From contig CAXBME010000040.1 of the NCBI GenBank assembly GCA_963976765.1, positions 1 through 53,956 on the forward strand: a stretch of DNA of 53,956 nucleotides, read 5' to 3'. The DNA is from an uncultured Planctomycetaceae bacterium. GTDB taxonomy: Bacteria; Planctomycetota; Planctomycetia; Planctomycetales; Planctomycetaceae. The notes under the pieces were generated by a model. That model ran no database searches. It had not been told where the DNA came from and saw nothing but the letters and a program-made list of their open reading frames with translations. Shown here in pieces: positions 1 to 9,846 of the stretch; the first letter of the stretch is position 1, and every line of letters starts with the position of its first letter. A program made the translations under genes and the position numbers.

Positions 1-280
1 CACGATGAGAGTTGGTTCCACGATTTGACGCATGGAATTCTCGTTGCCACATAACTAAATGTATTCGTGATAGAACTGGATATTCAGTCTGTGGAAGGAA
101 TACCACTTGAGAAACTTTGTTTCAAGGAAGAGCCCGTGATTATCGCGGATAATCCAGTAAGCCACGCCGTGCTTCGAGTGGTGTCGCGAAGAGGGGGGCA
201 GGTTCTCGCGCGGCTTACTGTTGATCGTGAATCCCGTTCAGCGGCACCCAATGCTCGTCGATTGGCGAGTAATTCGTTGA

Positions 281-808
281 CTACTTTTCGGACATCCAGA
301 GGGCGGCGGCGATTTTGGGGTCGATGAGTTTTCCGGAGGTGGCTTGCTGGTCGAGCCAGGTTCGCAGGTTGGCTCGGGGGATTTTGTGGACGGTGATTGA
401 TTCGGAGTCGTCTCCGCCGCCGTTGTGTTCTTTCGTCAGGCCAGTGGCTTCGAAGAAGGTGATCAGCTCGTCGGTCAGGCCAGCGGACGACGGGCCGGTC
501 TGGAGTTCTCTCAGGGTGGCCGCGGCGTAGCCGGTTTCTTCGAGCAGTTCGCGACGGGCGGCTTCTTCGAAGGCTTCAGATTCTGAGCCGGTGATGTCTC
601 CGGCCAGGCCGGCTGGGATCTCGACAACGTTCCTGCCGACCGGCGGGCGAAACTGCTCGACCAGCAGAACTTCGTCGTCGTCTGTGCAGGCGATAATCGC
701 AACGACTCCAGTTGAGCCGACTCGCGTGGCAAATTCCCAGCCGTTTTGCGAAACAAGGCTCAGAAACCGGCCCTGAAAGTGCGTTGTGTTGTCGGTCGAG
801 TTTGTCAT
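281..808 (-). CDS. NUDIX hydrolase (ADP-ribose pyrophosphatase-like)
   Basis: Nudix box ...EIPAGL...AARRELLEETGY; VEQFRPPV motif. Confidence 0.9.
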   Translation of the reverse strand: MTNSTDNTTHFQGRFLSLVSQNGWEFATRVGSTGVVAIIACTDDDEVLLVEQFRPPVGRNVVEIPAGLAGDITGSESEAFEEAARRELLEETGYAAATLRELQTGPSSAGLTDELITFFEATGLTKEHNGGGDDSESITVHKIPRANLRTWLDQQATSGKLIDPKIAAALWMSEK

Positions 809-1027
809 GGAGTTGTCGCAAAGCCAAAAGGAGTGAAGCCGGGCCGTTGAAACCGACGGTGGCTTCTTCGAAGATGCCGCCCCGCACAGTCATCGGTCGA
901 CGCTGATTGTGTGGTCCGTGGGAATCTGACGCAAAGCCGCAGAAACGCCAAGGGGCACGAAGAACTTTGCTTCGTCGAGCGAGCGGCCAGCGATAAACCT
1001 AACCACTCTCAATGAACGAAAACACGA

Positions 1028-2530
1028 ATGTCCGACAACGCCGAACAGAACAACTCATCCGACGCCGCTCCACAAAGAAGGAAGCCAGACCGCTTCGAAG
1101 CCGCTCGCCTGGTCAAACTTGAGCAGATTGAAGCGCTGGGACACGATCCCTGGGGCCAGCGGTTTGACGATCACATCAGCATTAAAGAAGCACGCGACAA
1201 GTGCCCGGAAGAAAATGGCGTGCCGGGCGAGAAGGTCCGCATTGCCGGCCGTTTGATGACCCGGCGCAAGCAGGGCAAGTTGCGATTCTTCAACGTGAAG
1301 GACTGGAGCGGCAAAATCCAGCTCCTGTTCAGCCGCGGCGAACTGCCTGAAGAGCAGTGGGAATTGATGGGCGCGCTCGATCTGGGCGACCTGGTCGGCA
1401 TCGACGGATTTCTGAAACGGACAGACAGCGGCGAGATTTCGATCTTCGTCGAGAAGTTGACCGTGCTGTGCAAGTCGCTGGCTCAACCGCCCGAGAAGTT
1501 TCACGGAGCCAAGGACATCGAACTGCTGCTTCGTCAGCGGTACATCGATCTGATTTACAACGAAGGCGTGCTGGAGCGAATGCTCAAGCGTACCGAAATC
1601 ATTTCGACTGTCCGCAGCACGTTGCGTTCTCACGGATTCATTGAAGCGGAAACGCCGGTGCTGCACGCGATCGCGGGTGGAGCGGCGGCTCGACCATTCA
1701 TCACGCATCACAATGCGCTGGACATTGATCTTTACCTGCGCATCGCGCTGGAGCTGCATCTCAAGCGGCTGATGGTTGGCGGTGTCGAACGCGTCTACGA
1801 GATCGGTCGCGTCTTCCGCAACGAAGGCGTTGACGCCACTCACAATCCGGAATTCACCATGATCGAGCTGTACCAGGCGTACGGCGATTACGAATCGATG
1901 ATGGACCTCACCGAAGAGATTATCTGCAACTGCGTGAAGTCGATCAGTGATTCAATGGTGCTGCCGTGGGGCGACAAAGAGATCGATTTTACGGCACCAT
2001 GGAAGCGAGAAAAGTACGGCGACCTGTTCAAGACTCACGCCGGCATCGAAATGTCTGATCACGATGGCGTGCTGAAGCTGGCAAAGTCTCTGCATCTGGA
2101 AACTGAAGGTGTGCATCACGACGTACTGGTGAATGGGATCTTCGAAGAGAAGGTTGAAGACTCGCTGGTCGGTCCGGTCTTTGTGATCGACTACCCGGCA
2201 TCGATCTGCCCACTCACCAAGCGAAAACGTGATAACCCTGACATTGCTGAGCGTTTCGAGCTGTTCATCCACGGCATGGAACTGGCCAATGCCTACACCG
2301 AACTGAACGATCCGAGATTGCAGGAAGACCTGTTCCTGACACAGCTCGACGGGATGTCCGAAGAAGACTCAATGGCGAAAATGGACTACGACTTCGTCCA
2401 GGCTCTGAAAGTCGGCATGCCACCAGCTGGCGGGCTGGGCATCGGCATCGACCGCCTGATTATGATCCTGACGAACGCTTGGAGTATTCGAGACGTGATC
2501 TACTTCCCACTGCTTCGACCGGAAGCCTGA
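1028..2530 (+). CDS. lysS: Lysine--tRNA ligase (class II)
   Basis: N-terminal OB fold; [46 protein letters not shown] motifs. Confidence 0.98.
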   Translation: MSDNAEQNNSSDAAPQRRKPDRFEAARLVKLEQIEALGHDPWGQRFDDHISIKEARDKCPEENGVPGEKVRIAGRLMTRRKQGKLRFFNVKDWSGKIQLLFSRGELPEEQWELMGALDLGDLVGIDGFLKRTDSGEISIFVEKLTVLCKSLAQPPEKFHGAKDIELLLRQRYIDLIYNEGVLERMLKRTEIISTVRSTLRSHGFIEAETPVLHAIAGGAAARPFITHHNALDIDLYLRIALELHLKRLMVGGVERVYEIGRVFRNEGVDATHNPEFTMIELYQAYGDYESMMDLTEEIICNCVKSISDSMVLPWGDKEIDFTAPWKREKYGDLFKTHAGIEMSDHDGVLKLAKSLHLETEGVHHDVLVNGIFEEKVEDSLVGPVFVIDYPASICPLTKRKRDNPDIAERFELFIHGMELANAYTELNDPRLQEDLFLTQLDGMSEEDSMAKMDYDFVQALKVGMPPAGGLGIGIDRLIMILTNAWSIRDVIYFPLLRPEA

Positions 2531-2549
2531 TTGTCACCATGTGATTTTT

Positions 2550-2636
2550 GAACGCAGAGGCCGCAGAGGTAAAAAACGCAGAGAAGAAGGAGCGTTCTCC
2601 CTTCAACTCTGCGAGTCCTCTGTGAACTCTGCGTTC
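2550..2636. repeat. Intergenic imperfect palindrome, 3x CGCAGAG ... 3x CTCTGYG
   Basis: CGCAGAG at 2553, 2562, 2577; CTCTG(C/T)G at 2607, 2618, 2627; outer GAACGCAGAG / CTCTGCGTTC pair exactly. Confidence 0.75.
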
Positions 2637-2678
2637 TGAAGACAGAAACAATTTGTCCTCGAACAATGAGGCTGCCCG

Positions 2679-3632
2679 ATGCGTGAATACTCGACCGAAG
2701 TTCTGTTCCGACCTGAAACTGAGCAGCTTCGATTTCTGCCCGAAGGGCCATACCCGTACGGTGATGACTGCTTGAGCTGGGTGGCGATTCAGCACGGAGC
2801 GAACGCGAAAACGGGATCGCTGAACCTGTTCGATTTTGCCAGCCGCTCGAACCAGTCGATCGACCTTCCTGGTCGACCAGGCTTTGCGTTTCCAACGAAT
2901 CGCGACGGCGTCTTCGTGACGGGAATGGAGCGGCAGGTCGGACTGTTTGACAGGAGCAACTCGTCGTTCAAACCGCTGGGCGATCCTGTCGAAGGTGGCG
3001 TAACCGGCACCGTGATCAATGATGGTGTTGTGTTTTCCGGCGGGCTGATCTTCGGCTGTAAAGATTTGAAATTTGCCGAAGCAAAAGCCGGGCTCTATCT
3101 GTGGCGACGTTCCGACTGGCAGACCATCCGCCTGCGAAGTGATCAGACCTGCTCGAACGGAAAAGTGGTCTTCGGCGATGGCGAACGAGTCACGCTGCTG
3201 GACATCGACACGCCGACGAAGACCGTCGTTCGTTACGAACTCGACGTTACTGACGGTCGCTTGTCGCCACCTGAAATCGTGGTCGACCTTCGTGCGGGTG
3301 ATGTTTTCCCAGACGGCATGATCGCCACACCGGACGGAGCGAGTGTCATCATCGCATTTTACAATCCCGCGGACGCGGCGTTCGGTGAGGCGAAGCAATT
3401 CTCACTCTCGACGGGAGAAGTCGAAGCCGTGTGGCGAACGGAAAAATCTCCCCGCGTGACATGCCCGCAGCTTGTCGAACGGGACGGCCAGATCAAACTG
3501 ATCCTGACGACGGCGGATGAAGGAATGACGGTCGAGCAGCAGGCCATGCACACAAACGCTGGAGCACTCTTCATCGGCAACACGGAATTCACCTCGTTGC
3601 CTGAGACTCCACTGTTCGATATTCCGCAGTAG
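2679..3632 (+). CDS. SMP-30/gluconolactonase/LRE family beta-propeller
   Basis: PEGP, IND, CSNG, FPDGM motifs. Confidence 0.85.
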   Translation: MREYSTEVLFRPETEQLRFLPEGPYPYGDDCLSWVAIQHGANAKTGSLNLFDFASRSNQSIDLPGRPGFAFPTNRDGVFVTGMERQVGLFDRSNSSFKPLGDPVEGGVTGTVINDGVVFSGGLIFGCKDLKFAEAKAGLYLWRRSDWQTIRLRSDQTCSNGKVVFGDGERVTLLDIDTPTKTVVRYELDVTDGRLSPPEIVVDLRAGDVFPDGMIATPDGASVIIAFYNPADAAFGEAKQFSLSTGEVEAVWRTEKSPRVTCPQLVERDGQIKLILTTADEGMTVEQQAMHTNAGALFIGNTEFTSLPETPLFDIPQ

Positions 3633-3711
3633 ATCGCCGGCCGAAACTGCGTTTGTTACAGCCTGCCAAAACCGACGTGCCTCAGAAGACTTCGTCCAGA
3701 AAGATCGCAGC

Positions 3712-4500
3712 ATGGAAGATCGACGAGAGCGACCTGGGAGGTTCGTATTTCACGATCTGATGTCGAGCGATGTTGGGCGGTCGCAGAAGTTTTACAGCTC
3801 CCTGTTTCCTGAATGGGATTTCCAGAATGTCGACCTGGGGGAAGCGGGAACTTACTACCTGATTTGCGTTGACGGTGTGAAATGTGGCGGAATCGTGCCG
3901 GTTGCCCCAACGTTAGGGCTTACCTCGCACTGGATCGGGTATGTCGAGGTCACGGACTGCGAGGCGGCTACCGAATGTGCCATCGCCGAGGGAGGGCAGG
4001 TTCCCGTTCCGACAATGGATATCCCCGGAATGGGTAAGTTTGCCGTCATCATGGATCGTCAGCAGGCGATGCTCAAAGCACTTGAGCCAGCAGCTTCAAT
4101 CGAGCATTCAGCCGAAACAAAATCAGGACAGTTCTACTGGGACGAGCTGCTCACGACAGACGTGCCGTCGGCCCGATCGTTCTACCAGTCGGTCTTCGGA
4201 TGGTCGGCGATCGAGCAGTTCACTCAGGCAAAGGGCGAGCACACGCTCATGCGAGCTGGTGACCAGGATGTCGCCGGGATCATACCGATGGCGTCGACGG
4301 CTGATCATTCCCCCGCCTGGCTGACTTATCTTTATGCTGAAAACATTGATGACCGGTTTGCACTCGCAGAATCTCTCGGAGCCCAGACCGTCATCGCGCC
4401 GCGAGACATCCCGAACACCTGCCGCTTCAGCGTTCAGGTCGATCCGGTCGGAGCCGTTTTTGCGATGATGCAACTACCCGCCGAAAATCTCCCTGACTAA
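3712..4500 (+). CDS. VOC/glyoxalase family protein (two domains)
   Basis: Duplicated GRFVFHDL..FY / GQFYWDEL..FYQSVFGW; DPVGAVF. Confidence 0.9.
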   Translation: MEDRRERPGRFVFHDLMSSDVGRSQKFYSSLFPEWDFQNVDLGEAGTYYLICVDGVKCGGIVPVAPTLGLTSHWIGYVEVTDCEAATECAIAEGGQVPVPTMDIPGMGKFAVIMDRQQAMLKALEPAASIEHSAETKSGQFYWDELLTTDVPSARSFYQSVFGWSAIEQFTQAKGEHTLMRAGDQDVAGIIPMASTADHSPAWLTYLYAENIDDRFALAESLGAQTVIAPRDIPNTCRFSVQVDPVGAVFAMMQLPAENLPD

Positions 4501-4530
4501 TGCACACAGGTTTGAATTCAACAAAATGGC

Positions 4531-4626
4531 AGTCCCCTCTCCCCCGACAACTCGCCGCAATCGACGAACATTTCCAGATGAGCTTGCCCGGCGAGTTGTT
4601 GGGGGAGAGGGTTAGGGTGAGGGGGC
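4531..4626. repeat. G/C-rich hairpin repeat, left copy flanking DUF559 gene
   Basis: AGTCCCCTCTCCCCCGACAACTCGCCG...CGGCGAGTTGTTGGGGGAGAGGG then TTAGGGTGAGGGGGC. Confidence 0.9.
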
Positions 4627-4636
4627 CTGTGTCACC

Positions 4637-5041
4637 ATGACAAGGCGGTCACGCAAGACTGAACCAGCAAAGGCCTTGCCACACCGTCGCGAGTTGCGCG
4701 AACGATCCACCAAAGCTGAGCAACTGATCTGGGCCGTCGTTCGCAACCGAAGACTGGCCGGGTTGAAGTTTCGCCGACAGCATTCAGTCGGCCACTACAT
4801 CGCCGACTTTGCCTGTCTTGATCCGCGACTGATTATCGAACTCGACGGTGAGTATCACCGCGAAACCGAAGAAGTCGACGCGACAAGGCAACGGTTTCTT
4901 GAAGCAGAAGGATTTCAGGTGTTGCGGTTTGAAAATTCGGACGTGCTGGAGAATGTTGAGGGAGTCGCCGTCGCGATATTGAAGGCTCTTGATTTGCCCC
5001 CTCACCCTAACCCTCTCCCCCCGAACGACGCTAACTGGTGA
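4637..5041 (+). CDS. DUF559 (Vsr-like PD-(D/E)XK) endonuclease domain protein
   Basis: TKAEQLIW..RRLAGLKFRRQH..YIADF..IIELDG..H..D..R..L...GFQVLRF; C-terminus reads into the right repeat (PPHPNPLP). Confidence 0.9.
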   Translation: MTRRSRKTEPAKALPHRRELRERSTKAEQLIWAVVRNRRLAGLKFRRQHSVGHYIADFACLDPRLIIELDGEYHRETEEVDATRQRFLEAEGFQVLRFENSDVLENVEGVAVAILKALDLPPHPNPLPPNDANW

Positions 5042-5073
5042 AACCGCAGATCTCTTCGGGGGGAGAGGGGACT
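4996..5073. repeat. G/C-rich hairpin repeat, right copy (inverted relative to left)
   Basis: GCCCCCTCACCCTAACCCTCTCCCCCCGAA...TTCGGGGGGAGAGGGGACT; 4996-5021 is the exact reverse complement of 4601-4626. Confidence 0.9.
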
Positions 5074-5153
5074 TTTCAATCGTGACGAGAACGTCAGGTT
5101 GCGATTGAAAGTTGCCAACTGGCTGAGCCGCATCAACCACTTGAAAGAACACC

Positions 5154-6011
5154 ATGAAGAAGATCGTCGTAACCGGTGCTGCGGGGAGGCTTGGTCGGAA
5201 GGTGGTTTCCGATTTAATTTCCCGCGGCTACTCCGTGCTTGGTGTCGATAAAGAGCGGCCTGAGAAAATGCAGTGCCGGTTTCTGCCGGCTGATCTGACA
5301 GACTCGGCGGTCGCGTTGGATGTTCTAACAGGAGCCGACGCGGTCATTCACCTGGCGGCGATTCCCGGTCCGGTATCGCAGCCGTCGTCGGTCACGTTTC
5401 GAAACAACGTCACGAGCACCTGGAACATCACCGAAGCGGCCGCTGCAATCGGCCTTGAGAAAATCGTGTTCGCGTCGTCGGTCTTCACTCTGGGCTGGCA
5501 CGAATCGCCGACGGCTTACTGGCCTGAATACGTGCCGGTTGACGAGGAGCATCCTCTGACACCGTTCGAGCCGTACGGACTCTCGAAAGTGCTGGGCGAA
5601 GAAATCATCGCCACAGCCAGTCGACGTACGGGGATCCCGGCGGTCAGTTTGAGAATCATGAATATCATTCAGGAAGATGGTTACTTTGCGTTCCCCTGGC
5701 CGACGCCCGCCGGTTTGCTGGCGACTCGGTTTGTGATGTGGCCTTACGTCGATGTTCGCGATGCAGCCATCGCCTGTCGTCAGGCTCTGGAAGCCGACAT
5801 CACCGGACACGAAGCGTGCTTCATCGCCGCGCGAGACATCCGGTTTGACGCTCCAACGCAGGCACTGCTGCATGAGTTCGCTCCGAAAGTTCAAATCCGC
5901 AAGGCGCTTCAAGGTTCGGCCAGCGTGGTCAGTATCGAGAAAGCCAGACGCCTGCTCGGCTATCAGCCGCAGTATTCATGGCGTCAGTTGAAGCCTGCGA
6001 AGCATTCATAA
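5154..6011 (+). CDS. NAD-dependent epimerase/dehydratase
   Basis: VTGAAGRLG Rossmann motif, HLAA, YGLSK catalytic motif. Confidence 0.92.
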   Translation: MKKIVVTGAAGRLGRKVVSDLISRGYSVLGVDKERPEKMQCRFLPADLTDSAVALDVLTGADAVIHLAAIPGPVSQPSSVTFRNNVTSTWNITEAAAAIGLEKIVFASSVFTLGWHESPTAYWPEYVPVDEEHPLTPFEPYGLSKVLGEEIIATASRRTGIPAVSLRIMNIIQEDGYFAFPWPTPAGLLATRFVMWPYVDVRDAAIACRQALEADITGHEACFIAARDIRFDAPTQALLHEFAPKVQIRKALQGSASVVSIEKARRLLGYQPQYSWRQLKPAKHS

Positions 6012-6139
6012 ATCTAAATGACGAAGGCTGCTCTGAGCGAATCGAGACGTCGCTGCTTTGTTCCAAAGTGACAGTGTGCACAGCACTGTGTACGCTGAGC
6101 AGATCATTTCCCACAGTTTCGGATGCTGAAAGTTTCCGG

Positions 6140-8185
6140 ATGGCTCGATCGAAACTTGACAAGACGCTGGCGGACTACATGGCGATTGCCATCACGCCTG
6201 CGCTGATCATGTTGCTGACCGGCAGCCTGGTGTGGTTTCTGGCCGAACTGGGTTACGACGGCGGCCGACCGACTCGCATTCGCTGGATTCTGTTCTGGTT
6301 TGTGATCGGTGCTGTGCTGGTCGCTCGAATTGCGATCGAGAATGGTCGTGCTCATGCCGCGATGTTTCTGGCCGGACTGGCCGGAGCGACGTCGCTGACG
6401 ATCTTCAAGTTTGCTCCGGAAGCCCCACTCGTTCCGATCATTTGCCTGGGAGTTGTTGCCTGGTGCGCCGACAAGCTGACGTGGGACTGCACGCTGATCG
6501 ACGAGTCCGAAGACGCTTCGGGCGAAGGGCTGCTGCAGGTAGCCGGCGTGGCGGACGAAGCCGAGCTGACCGATGGCGAGGCTGTTTCCTCGACCGATTC
6601 AGCCGAACTGTCCGAGAAAAATTCTGAGCAGAAGATCCCCTTATGGAAGCGGCTGTTCGTCAACAAGTCCGAACGCGCCGGCAAGCCGCACGCGCCGGGT
6701 TTGTGGGTCGTTTACTTTTCGTTGGCCGCGTTGCCGCTGTACGGCTTTGGTCAGGTCTGGATTCCGGCGACGGATGTGGCGTCGCGGCACTTCGCGTTTC
6801 AGTGCCTGCTGGTTTATGTCGGAGCGGCACTCGGTCTGCTGCTCATGACGAGCTTTCTCGGGCTGCGTCGTTACTTAAGGCAACGCAACATCGAGATGCC
6901 GACCACCATGGCGGCCACCTGGATCGGCATGGGGTCTGCCATTGCGATCGGCATTCTTGTCGTGGCGATGTTGTTGCCGAGGCCTCAAGGTGATTACTCG
7001 ATTGCCGAAGCGATTGACTATGTCAGCGAAGAAGTTCAGGAAGCGTCCGACTGGGCATTCCTGAACGACGACGGCGGCGAGGGAGAAGGACAACTCAATG
7101 GTCCGGCCGATGACGACGCGGAGAAAGGTTCAGCCGCCGATCCGGATCAGCAGGGAAAACCCGGCGGCGAGAAACCCGGCAAACAGGTCGCTCAGAATGA
7201 TCAGCAGAACGCGCAGGACGGAGACGGCGGCAACCAGCAGGGGGAAGGTGAAAACGGAAAACAGTCCGGCGACACGCAGAATGAAGGGGAGTCGGGAGAA
7301 AGCAAACAGGGCGGGGGACAACAGACCGCTCAGAACGACAGCCAGGGTTCAAAGTCTGATCCATCCGGAAAGGAACCGCAGGAATCATCGAACGGTGGAG
7401 AGCAGAAAGACGGACAACAGCAAGATCAACAGAACAATCAGCAGACGGCGCAGAACGAAAACTCGGGCAACAAACAGCAGGCTCAGTCCGGAGAACCATC
7501 AGAGAAGCAGTCCGGAGATCCGCAGTCGGGCGAGCAGGAATCCGATGAACAGCTCGCTCAGAATGACGCCGAGAAATCTCCGGATGAAGTCCCGGAGGAG
7601 AGCGCCGAGGAAGAAGCCGCCGCTGAGTCTGAACAGGCGGAATCGACGCCCGAATCCGACGGCAGTTGGATGGACTCGGTCGCCGAGAACATGGGCGTGC
7701 TGTTCAAGTGGCTGATCTATGCGGCGATGGCTGCGGGCGTGATTTACATGGCGGTTAAAAACTGGCCAGCTGTTTCCCGTTTTCTGAAAAGCCTGTGGGC
7801 CGAGTTGCTCAGCATGTTCGGTCGGAAACCTGCGACGACGGCAGAAGCCGGTGAAACAGATTCGGAAGAACCGGTGGCTCCACCTCGGCCCTTCAGCGCA
7901 TTCATCGATCCGTTTCGATCGGGCAAGGCCTCACAAAGTTCTCCAGGCGAACTCGTCCGATACACTTTCGAAGCGTTGCAGGCATGGGCTTTTGAAAATG
8001 ACTGCGGTCGAACTCCGGATCAGACTCCGATGGAATTCGGTCAGCGGCTCCAGTCCCGACGTTTGAAGATTTCGAACGAGGCGCACGAGGTCAGTCAGCT
8101 TTATGCACAGGTCGCCTACGGAGGTCTGCGGCCGGACGAGACCAGCGTGGCAACTCTTCAGAAGCTCTGGCAGAAACTGACGTGA
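6140..8185 (+). CDS. Membrane protein with long Q/G/S/E-rich low-complexity region and C-terminal DUF4129-like domain
   Basis: Several hydrophobic helices; C-terminal R..DQTPMEF..LY...AYG pattern; start moved to the ATG of MARSKLDK. Confidence 0.7.
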   Translation: MARSKLDKTLADYMAIAITPALIMLLTGSLVWFLAELGYDGGRPTRIRWILFWFVIGAVLVARIAIENGRAHAAMFLAGLAGATSLTIFKFAPEAPLVPIICLGVVAWCADKLTWDCTLIDESEDASGEGLLQVAGVADEAELTDGEAVSSTDSAELSEKNSEQKIPLWKRLFVNKSERAGKPHAPGLWVVYFSLAALPLYGFGQVWIPATDVASRHFAFQCLLVYVGAALGLLLMTSFLGLRRYLRQRNIEMPTTMAATWIGMGSAIAIGILVVAMLLPRPQGDYSIAEAIDYVSEEVQEASDWAFLNDDGGEGEGQLNGPADDDAEKGSAADPDQQGKPGGEKPGKQVAQNDQQNAQDGDGGNQQGEGENGKQSGDTQNEGESGESKQGGGQQTAQNDSQGSKSDPSGKEPQESSNGGEQKDGQQQDQQNNQQTAQNENSGNKQQAQSGEPSEKQSGDPQSGEQESDEQLAQNDAEKSPDEVPEESAEEEAAAESEQAESTPESDGSWMDSVAENMGVLFKWLIYAAMAAGVIYMAVKNWPAVSRFLKSLWAELLSMFGRKPATTAEAGETDSEEPVAPPRPFSAFIDPFRSGKASQSSPGELVRYTFEALQAWAFENDCGRTPDQTPMEFGQRLQSRRLKISNEAHEVSQLYAQVAYGGLRPDETSVATLQKLWQKLT

Positions 8186-9846
8186 CAGCGACGAACGATC
8201 AACAACCGCTCGACTATGTCATCGTTGGGCAGGGTATTGCCGGGACCACGCTTGCCTGGCAGTTGAAGTGGCGAGGTCTTCGCGGCCTGATTATCGACCG
8301 TGACGACGGAACGTCGGCGTCGAAAGTCGCTGCCGGATTGATGACTCCGGTGACCGGAAAACGACTTGTTCCCTCGTGGCGACTGGACGAAACGTGGGCA
8401 GCGGCGGATGACTTCTACCGACGCGTCGAGTCCGAAACAAACTCTCAGTTTCTGACGCAACCGGGGCAGGCTCGGCTGTTCGACAGTGCTGAATCAAAAG
8501 AAGAATTCGATCGCCGGGACTGGTCGGAACATCCTGCTGAAATCAGGCAGCCTCAGAAACTCGTTGATGCATTGTCGTTCGATGCTCCGTTGGGCGGCTT
8601 CGAATTACCAACTGCCAGGCGACTCGATGTACCCGCTTATCTTGCCGCTTCGCGAGAAGTTTTCGTCGCGGACGGCACGCTGCGAATCGCTGATCTGGCT
8701 CCGGCAGATGATCTCGAATTCAGAGACGACGCAGTCGTTCTGACGAAGCACGGCCTCTGCACAAAGCGAGTGATCTTCTGCCAGGGAGCACTCGGAGCAA
8801 CCAACCCATTGTTTGCCGACGTCGAATTCAAAGCGGCCCGCGGCGAAATCCTGACGCTCAAAATCGATGGTCTGGAAGAAACCAGAATCGTGAACCAGGG
8901 CGTCTGGCTGGTGCCCTGCGGCGACGGACTTTTCAAGGCTGGCTCCACTTACGATTTCGACAACCTCACACCGCACGTTACCGATTCAGGCCGGGACGAG
9001 ATCGTAGAACGTCTTACGAGGTTTCTGAAACTGCCATTCGAGATCGTCGGTCACGAGTCAGGTGTCCGACCGGTTGTTCTGGAGCGGCGACCGATTATCG
9101 GAGTTCATCGAGAGATTCCGCAGCTGGCCATCTTCAACGGTCTGGGTTCGAAGGGGTCTTTGTTGGCACCGTTGGTCGCTGCTCAGCTTGTCAGTCATCT
9201 GTTTGACAGAAGGCCGATCGATTCTGAACTCAACTATCAAACACGATTCCAACCTCGAATCTCAAAGGCGGAACGACCGCGCGTGCCACGTCTGACGGAA
9301 CAGGCTCAGATGCTCGTCCGGGATGTGGTCCAGCCAGGTGAAACGGTGATCGATGCCACCGCTGGCAACGGTCACGACACCTGCTTCCTGGCAAAGGCTG
9401 TTGGTCCTGAGGGGAAAGTTTTCGCGTTCGACGTGCAGAGCGACGCACTGCAACGAACGTCCGCCCGGCTGGCTGACATCGGTTTTACGAACGTGACGCT
9501 ACTTCAACGCAGTCATGCTGAAATGAAGGACGTGTTGCCGAAAGTTGAGCATGGCTCAGTCGCTGCCGTGATGTTTAACCTCGGCTACCTTCCCGGCGGC
9601 GACCACGCGGTAACCACCAGAACGGAGTCGTCACTGGATGCGATTTCGACAGCGTTGAATCTGGTCCGCACTGGTGGGACAGTCACCGTCCTCGTGTACC
9701 CCGGCCACGCTGGCGGCGACGACGAGGCAAGCAGTGTCGGACGCTTGATTGAAAACCTGCCGGCCGCTGACTTCGAAACATCGATCCGCAAATCGGCGAC
9801 AACGAAGGAAACGGCACCAATGCTCTTTATCGTCGTTCGCCTCTGA
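8182..9846 (+). CDS. Fusion of FAD-dependent oxidoreductase (DAO/MnmC-oxidase-like) and MnmM/YtqB-type SAM methyltransferase
   Basis: N-term IVGQGIAG, ASKVAAG, GVRP, NGLGSKG; C-term DATAGNGHDT, FNLGYLPGGD, YPGHAGG. Confidence 0.85.
   Translation: MTATNDQQPLDYVIVGQGIAGTTLAWQLKWRGLRGLIIDRDDGTSASKVAAGLMTPVTGKRLVPSWRLDETWAAADDFYRRVESETNSQFLTQPGQARLFDSAESKEEFDRRDWSEHPAEIRQPQKLVDALSFDAPLGGFELPTARRLDVPAYLAASREVFVADGTLRIADLAPADDLEFRDDAVVLTKHGLCTKRVIFCQGALGATNPLFADVEFKAARGEILTLKIDGLEETRIVNQGVWLVPCGDGLFKAGSTYDFDNLTPHVTDSGRDEIVERLTRFLKLPFEIVGHESGVRPVVLERRPIIGVHREIPQLAIFNGLGSKGSLLAPLVAAQLVSHLFDRRPIDSELNYQTRFQPRISKAERPRVPRLTEQAQMLVRDVVQPGETVIDATAGNGHDTCFLAKAVGPEGKVFAFDVQSDALQRTSARLADIGFTNVTLLQRSHAEMKDVLPKVEHGSVAAVMFNLGYLPGGDHAVTTRTESSLDAISTALNLVRTGGTVTVLVYPGHAGGDDEASSVGRLIENLPAADFETSIRKSATTKETAPMLFIVVRL

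Noticed and set aside
67..327. 86-aa ORF at the window start
   Set aside because: No recognisable motif and it overlaps the NUDIX 3' end; it may be real but is unsupported.
2460..3398. Long antisense ORFs (also 1055-1843, 12868-13917, 27392-28222)
   Set aside because: Shadow frames of well-supported genes in GC-rich DNA.
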